Source: Balanoglossus misakiensis (lineage: Eukaryota > Animalia > Hemichordata). Taken from it: DNA of 64,000 nt. Location: contig CM082591.2 of assembly GCA_040954595.2 (NCBI GenBank), forward strand, positions 8,658,380-8,722,379. Reading direction: 5' to 3'. Of this stretch, positions 27,201 through 33,200 are shown piece by piece; the stretch's first letter is position 1, and every line of letters begins with the position of its first letter. The translations under genes were made by a program, and so were the position numbers. A model generated the notes under the pieces. It saw only the letters and a list, made by a program, of their open reading frames with translations, did not search any database and was not told the origin of the DNA.

Positions 27201-30200
27201 GTCAACACCGCTGGTGTGCTGGGTGGCGACAAACGTATTTTCTGGGGCACTTCCCACTCCATTCGGTGGCACACTCTTCTCATCACTTCCTCACCCTCAG
27301 GGAGAATCTTCGCTGTCACCGGAAGACGCCCGAGGCCATGCGTTAGAAAGTAGTGGAATAGGGCGATGATGGGCTGCTCCACCCCCACAAGAAACTGGGT
27401 TAGGCCTCCCAGAAAACCGACTATGGCATCTAGGTCGGCCTTGCGGGTGCCTCCCCGCATGTAGGGGGTAGATGGCGTTTATACACGTGTTCCTTCAGCC
27501 ATTTGGATGAATGCCCGCAGTCCGGGATGGGGCAAGTTGACTCTTTCCCCGGAATTGGGCAGAAGGACGTTTTCTCGCGGGGCTGTGGTCGTGGTGCCGC
27601 TGGGGCTTCCACTGCTGATTTCTTTCCAGATGGGGGCCCTTCCACTGTCCCTGAGAGGTCAGGTGGCCTCTCTGGGCTTGCTTTCTCAGGTGGCCTCCCC
27701 TGCTCATCCTCTACGTCATGGGCAGATTCACAACAATCCCCTTCAATGCCACATTCTGGTGCGCTTGCCTTTTTGCATTTTTCACCTTCGCCAGAAAGTC
27801 CACATTGTTGTTAAAAGATCAAACACTGCCAAATTCCAGTAAGTACTTACGCAGAGATGATGTGTCCGTTCACAACGGTCTGGCTACCATTACGGTCCGC
27901 CACACAAAAACTATCCAGTATGGCCAACGAGTACTAGAGTTGCCCATTCAACAAATTGCCAACTCCTGCCTATGTCCGGTGGCAGCTTTCCACCAGATGC
28001 TTCATCTCTCCCCATCAGAGGAACCCCATACCCATTTATTTTCATATCGACCATCAGCCAATGCACCCACATCCTGCCCTCGGGTTCTCACTCATTCAAA
28101 GTTTACAAAAACACTCAAACTCGTCCTGAGCAATTGCGGCTACAAACCATCCCTGTATTCGGGTCATTCATTTCGCAGGGGAGGGGCAACATTTGCGGTG
28201 AACTTGGGTATTCCCCCTCTTCTCATCAAATTACAAGGCGACTGGAGTTCAAATTCCTTCAAACGCTATACTGTCATTTCCACTGAAACCAAATGTAGAG
28301 TTGCCAAGTCCCTGGCGTTAGCCTTATCATAGAAGTAAGGGTGCTAGCACACACTGTCTGTGTTGGGGATATTGTTTTGGCGGTTTGTAGTGATAGTAGT
28401 GTTGCCATTTAATGCTGTGACTATTCCAAAAAGCAGTCTTATTGACCCAACCCTAGACAAAATTGCCCCAATAATTCATTTTAGACAAAATTAAAAACAA
28501 AATTTTTTCCACACATTCAGTGATCTGATGATATATGGATGGTCTCTTTGACCCCACTCAATACAAACTTGTCATTTGGCCACTTTTTAGTAAAAAAAAT
28601 TATCATTTAAAAAAAAAAAATTACAGATTTACTCATATTGTGATTGATGTAACAAAAGTTCATTATGTAAATATTGGTGTTGATTCCAGAAAAGGTAATT
28701 TTGTTGCCTTCAAATCATTTATAAATCCTAGTCCCTCACCCTAGAAAAAAACTTAGACATTACAATCAAGAAGAAACAATCAATCTTGATGAAACTATTT
28801 TCCCAACAGATAGTTTCCCTATTTTCCTGTACATTTTTTTTATAAAGCACTTAATATTCAAAATAAGGCAGAAACGCCAACACCACAACATACACACGTA
28901 AAACTTCATCCAAACAGCAGCTTTTTGCGGAAAGATATTTTGACTCCCCTATGAAACTATCAGGGATGAAAAACTTAAAGGTTTAAATATTTACATAAAA
29001 TTATTGCCTGTCGAAGCCTTTTAAAGAAATGGAATGCCGTGGATGATTATTCGTGTATACATTATGGTGATACTGAGACTATAGAACATTTATTCTATTC
29101 ATGTTGATATGTAAGGGACCTTTTGATAAGTTTAACAAGCTTTGGCAAGAGATCTCTTCAAGGGGTTTCGTGTCCCTGGATACTTTTAGTTTGAACTTCT
29201 TTGGTGTTCACCATGTCAAAAAGTCTCTTGCTTTGAACTATGTTCTGATCGCAAAATACACTTGAATTTGATATGATTTTGTAATTTTAGACCGTCATTT
29301 TCAATGTTTATTGAAACTTTAAAATAAGTCATGAATGTGGAGGCAAAATATGTGAACGAAAATGCAAACCCGCATTTTTTACCGGAAATGCCTTATCTGC
29401 ATCTGCAAAATGAGTGAATTGTACATTTTTTTCGCCCTTTACACTGTTATTTTGCGTTGTTCTCGTTTATTTTGTATGCTATGTGTATTCCCTGTGCTTT
29501 CTTGTCAATTATCATGTTTATAATATTATATTAATAGATACAAATTCGATTGAAAGAAAAAAACGGAATTTTAATACATCATCAAATCTGTGGATATGTA
29601 GAAAACAGTTTGTCTAAAATTGACAAATGTTTGACCAAAAAGTGGCTAAAATGGCAATTTTGTATTGAGTGGGGTCAATAAGACTACTTTTTTGGAATAG
29701 TCACCACTTTAAACGTAGAACTGACTTTCCATATATCATCAGATCGCCGAATGTGTATAAAACAGTTTGTTTTTAATTTTGTCTAAAATGAATTTTATGG
29801 GCAAAATATGGTTAATAAGACAATCTTGTCTTGGGTGGGGTCAATGAGACTGCTTTTTTGGAAGAGTTATCCCATTTTACATAGAATGGGCATATCATAC
29901 ATCACCAGACCTCCAATGTGAAGAAAACAGTTTGTTTTTATTGTTTTCTAAAAATGACCCTTTTGGGACAAAAAGTGGCCAAAACGGCAATTTTGTCTTG
30001 AGTGATGTCTTTAAGACTATTGTTTGGGAATCAGCCCAATTGTTTTACATAGAATGGACTTCTTGAACCTTCCTTACCAAATATTCGGATGCAAGGCATC
30101 TATCTCTCGGGGTAAAATGGCACTTGTATATAGTTATATGGCCATTTTAAATATGTGGCGGCCATCTTGGACGCCATCTTGAAAATGACGTGTTTTCGGT

Positions 30201-33200
30201 CATCGGATTTTGGTAGACTTTTTGGTATGTTAATAAGCACATTCGGTACTATAGAAAACCCTTGAGAAAGCTTTTGTTGCAATTTTTTGGGGGTTGACCC
30301 TTATTTGCAACCTATTATGGAAGAGCTCTATCATCACTATTGTGCAAGTTTTGTTTCACAGGGGCGGGGGGAGTCGAACAATAGAATGCGTTCACGCCTT
30401 GCTTGAGTGACAGCTCTATGTCTTTGATTGCATGTAAAATTGTTTCAAACAAAATTCAAAGACAAAAAACAGTGATTCAAACAAAGACCAACTTTAAAAG
30501 ATGCCGTCTTCAAACAGTTGTCTGTCCAGTTTTCGCTCAAAATCAAGTCCGGTTTCCACAGTAGACAGTGGCTGGTCGGCAGAGGTTTTTTAACACTTGC
30601 CGTCTATGGGAGTGGGACTGAAAAAATCATTCGGTATGGACAGTGGACCGAATTTACCAGGGGTCGGTTTTGACAGGTTTTACTATATGCATGCATGCAT
30701 GCATGCATGCATGTATGCATGTATGCATGTATGTATGCATGTATGTATGTAGGTATGTATGTTTGTTTGTGTGTGTGTATGTATGTATGTATGTACCAGT
30801 ATGTATGTACTATGTATATGTGTATGTTTGTGTGTATGTGTGTAATACGTAAGTGTGTGTGAACATTGTCCATCATGGATATATCAACAATTTTCTTTTT
30901 CACTGAAACTATTGGTGTGATAGCTTTTAATTCTGGTAGTAGGGTTTCTATGGGTAACCACAGTCAGATTCTTAAAACTGTTGTGCACTTGTGCACAATT
31001 TCTGGTTGAGAAAGCAAATTATTACTATTTTGTGTGAAAGATGGTAGAAATTACTTTCATTTTTTCCTACCTGTGAAATTTGTATCATTTTACTTCAGGC
31101 AACAGCTGATTAATGAATAAATGCAAATAGTTCCATAGCATCGGTATTTAAAATATATGTATATTGATATGATTCCTATTTTAAGGACTTGCATCACACA
31201 TTTCTAACAATTTCAGTGTGTATTTATTTCATTTGTAGGAAGATCATTCTCCTCTGGATCTGCTTCTTGACAAGTGGAAGGAAAGTTATAAAAGTCGCCG
31301 AATTGAGAGTGTTCTCTGTTTAAGACTATTACTAGAAGCAGGTGGATATTTAACAGCAAAGTATAAGGTAATTTTCTGATAAAACAAAGGCCACTGAGCT
31401 ACCATTTTATATTGATTTTTGCATGTCCATAACCATTATTTGAACATGCCTAACTAATTTCAACGTACTTAGTTGACAGAATACTTAGATGAACATATGC
31501 ACATTAATATGTTACATGGCTCCCCTTTGGTCAATGTTTTTGTGCTTTTTAGGTCCCATTTGGTATATGTATAATGACAATGAGACCATATGAGATTGGT
31601 TGCATTTGTTTGATGGATGTGTGTATATATATACCAGGGTATAGATTGTATATGTTCGTCCACACAAAATACTTAAAACCGCTAAGCATACCACCTCACT
31701 ATTTGGTGTGTAGATGCAAGCCAGGCTGTGGATTAGATTTTGTCCAAAAAGTTGGCATTTTGCAAAAAACTATTCAATTGAGCTGGAAAAATAACTCAGA
31801 CCAACTGTCAAAAGACCAGCTGTTCTAGTTGATGTATGTACAGTTCACATGTCATTGACAGCCTAAGGGTCATTCAGTGTTTGCCTGTTGGTCTGGCTCT
31901 ATGTATGTCTATCGGTCTGTCTGTATGTGTGTGTGTACTAGTATATATCAGTATCAACTTTTTTTCTGTGTAATCCCTAAATGGCACCAAATTGTCCTCG
32001 ACGCAAATATGTTTTGACAGCGTGAGTTCACAGACTCAGACTTCTAAACTGTTAGCATGAGGTTTATTATAAAATACCTATGGCCAGGCATATATTCGGG
32101 CCATAGCAGCCGTTTTTACCCCCTTGTGACTGTGAATTACCAGAATCATATGCTATTTCCCTCGGCCTACGCCCTCGGGAAATAGCATGTGATTCTGGTA
32201 ACTCACATCCCCTTGGAGGTTAATAAATGGCTGCTATGGCCCTCATGGCCAGGCAATTGGTGTTCAATATTAAGCCAGAAGCAAGTACATAACAATTATT
32301 TGTGACATACCACATAAAATGAACTCTTGCTACAGAAACATTGCATATGCTTTCGCCTTCAGTGCTGGCAAGTGAAATTCTAAGTTTCTTTCGAGGAGAC
32401 TGAATCCAGAGATTCAGAAACAGCATCATTACCCAGCTCAAAACACTATATATTTCACAAAAGCTAAAATAAAACCATCAAAATGATGCAACCTTATTAA
32501 TATTTATTTGTCATTGTAAACTAAACATATTTTTTCCTTTCTTGTCTGCAGGACAGTCTGGGGGAACTTGCTGACATTGGATATATCTTCATTGATGCAG
32601 AAAATGGTACCGAAGTGGTTGAAGCATCCAGCCCTAAAGCTAGGAATGATATTACACTGTCATGTAAAAATAGTAAAAATAGTGAAGTTTCTGCTATGAT
32701 TATTCGCTCTACACCACAAAATATAGTAGATTTAATCGAAACCTACAACTTAAAGTCATTGATTGTGGGAAACATCGAGATGGGGAAATTGAAGGGTATC
32801 ATTGATGCAAGGCAGGATGCTAAATGTGTCCAAGAAAAATTAATTATCTTCAATGTACGAGCATTTGAGAAAGAGCCTGTAATGAATTGGGTCAATGGGA
32901 AGAGTATCTCAGTTCTTTGTCTGATTGATGTAACTTCAACACTGCCATTGATCATAAGTGTTCGGTCTACTGACTCTAAAGTGATCAATGTCAGCCACTG
33001 CACACTTGTAAAGTCTTCCAAAGGAAGCAAACGAAAAAAAAAGTCAGATAGAAAAGAAAGCATGCAGTCAAGTATTGACATCAATTGCCAAGAACTAACA
33101 GCTTTGTACATACATAACAATCATGGCCTAACTTCTTTGCAAGACGATATTGGCTTCAAGAAAGGTTTGTCTATTTTTGTAGCTCATGACAACCATTTGC

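Larger units (their letters stand above)
24771..28410 (+). mobile_element. Tyrosine-recombinase retrotransposon remnant (Ngaro/DIRS group), internally deleted; boundaries approximate
   Basis: gag-like ORF, RT remnant and tyrosine recombinase C-terminus in order on + strand; GC-richer than flanks. Confidence 0.85.
24355..30293. mobile_element. Foldback-type element with long inverted arms made partly of ~170-bp subrepeats
   Basis: 24355-24770 is a highly similar reverse complement of ~29880-30293; subrepeats continue at ~28410-28750 and, inverted, at ~29590-29880. Confidence 0.75.
24002..30685. mobile_element. Tigger/pogo-like (Tc1/mariner) non-autonomous element, interrupted by nested insertions
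   Basis: TA|cagtaaaacctgttaaaac ... gttttgacaggttttacta|TA; both flanks are the same (TG/TATG)n microsatellite. Confidence 0.62.

Noticed and set aside
27718-28332. Phage integrase or bacterial contamination
   Set aside because: It is collinear with Ngaro/DIRS gag and RT remnants and sits inside a spliceosomal intron.
30604-30903. ORFs 30604-30903, 30643-30852 and 6205-6393
   Set aside because: They are translations of microsatellites.
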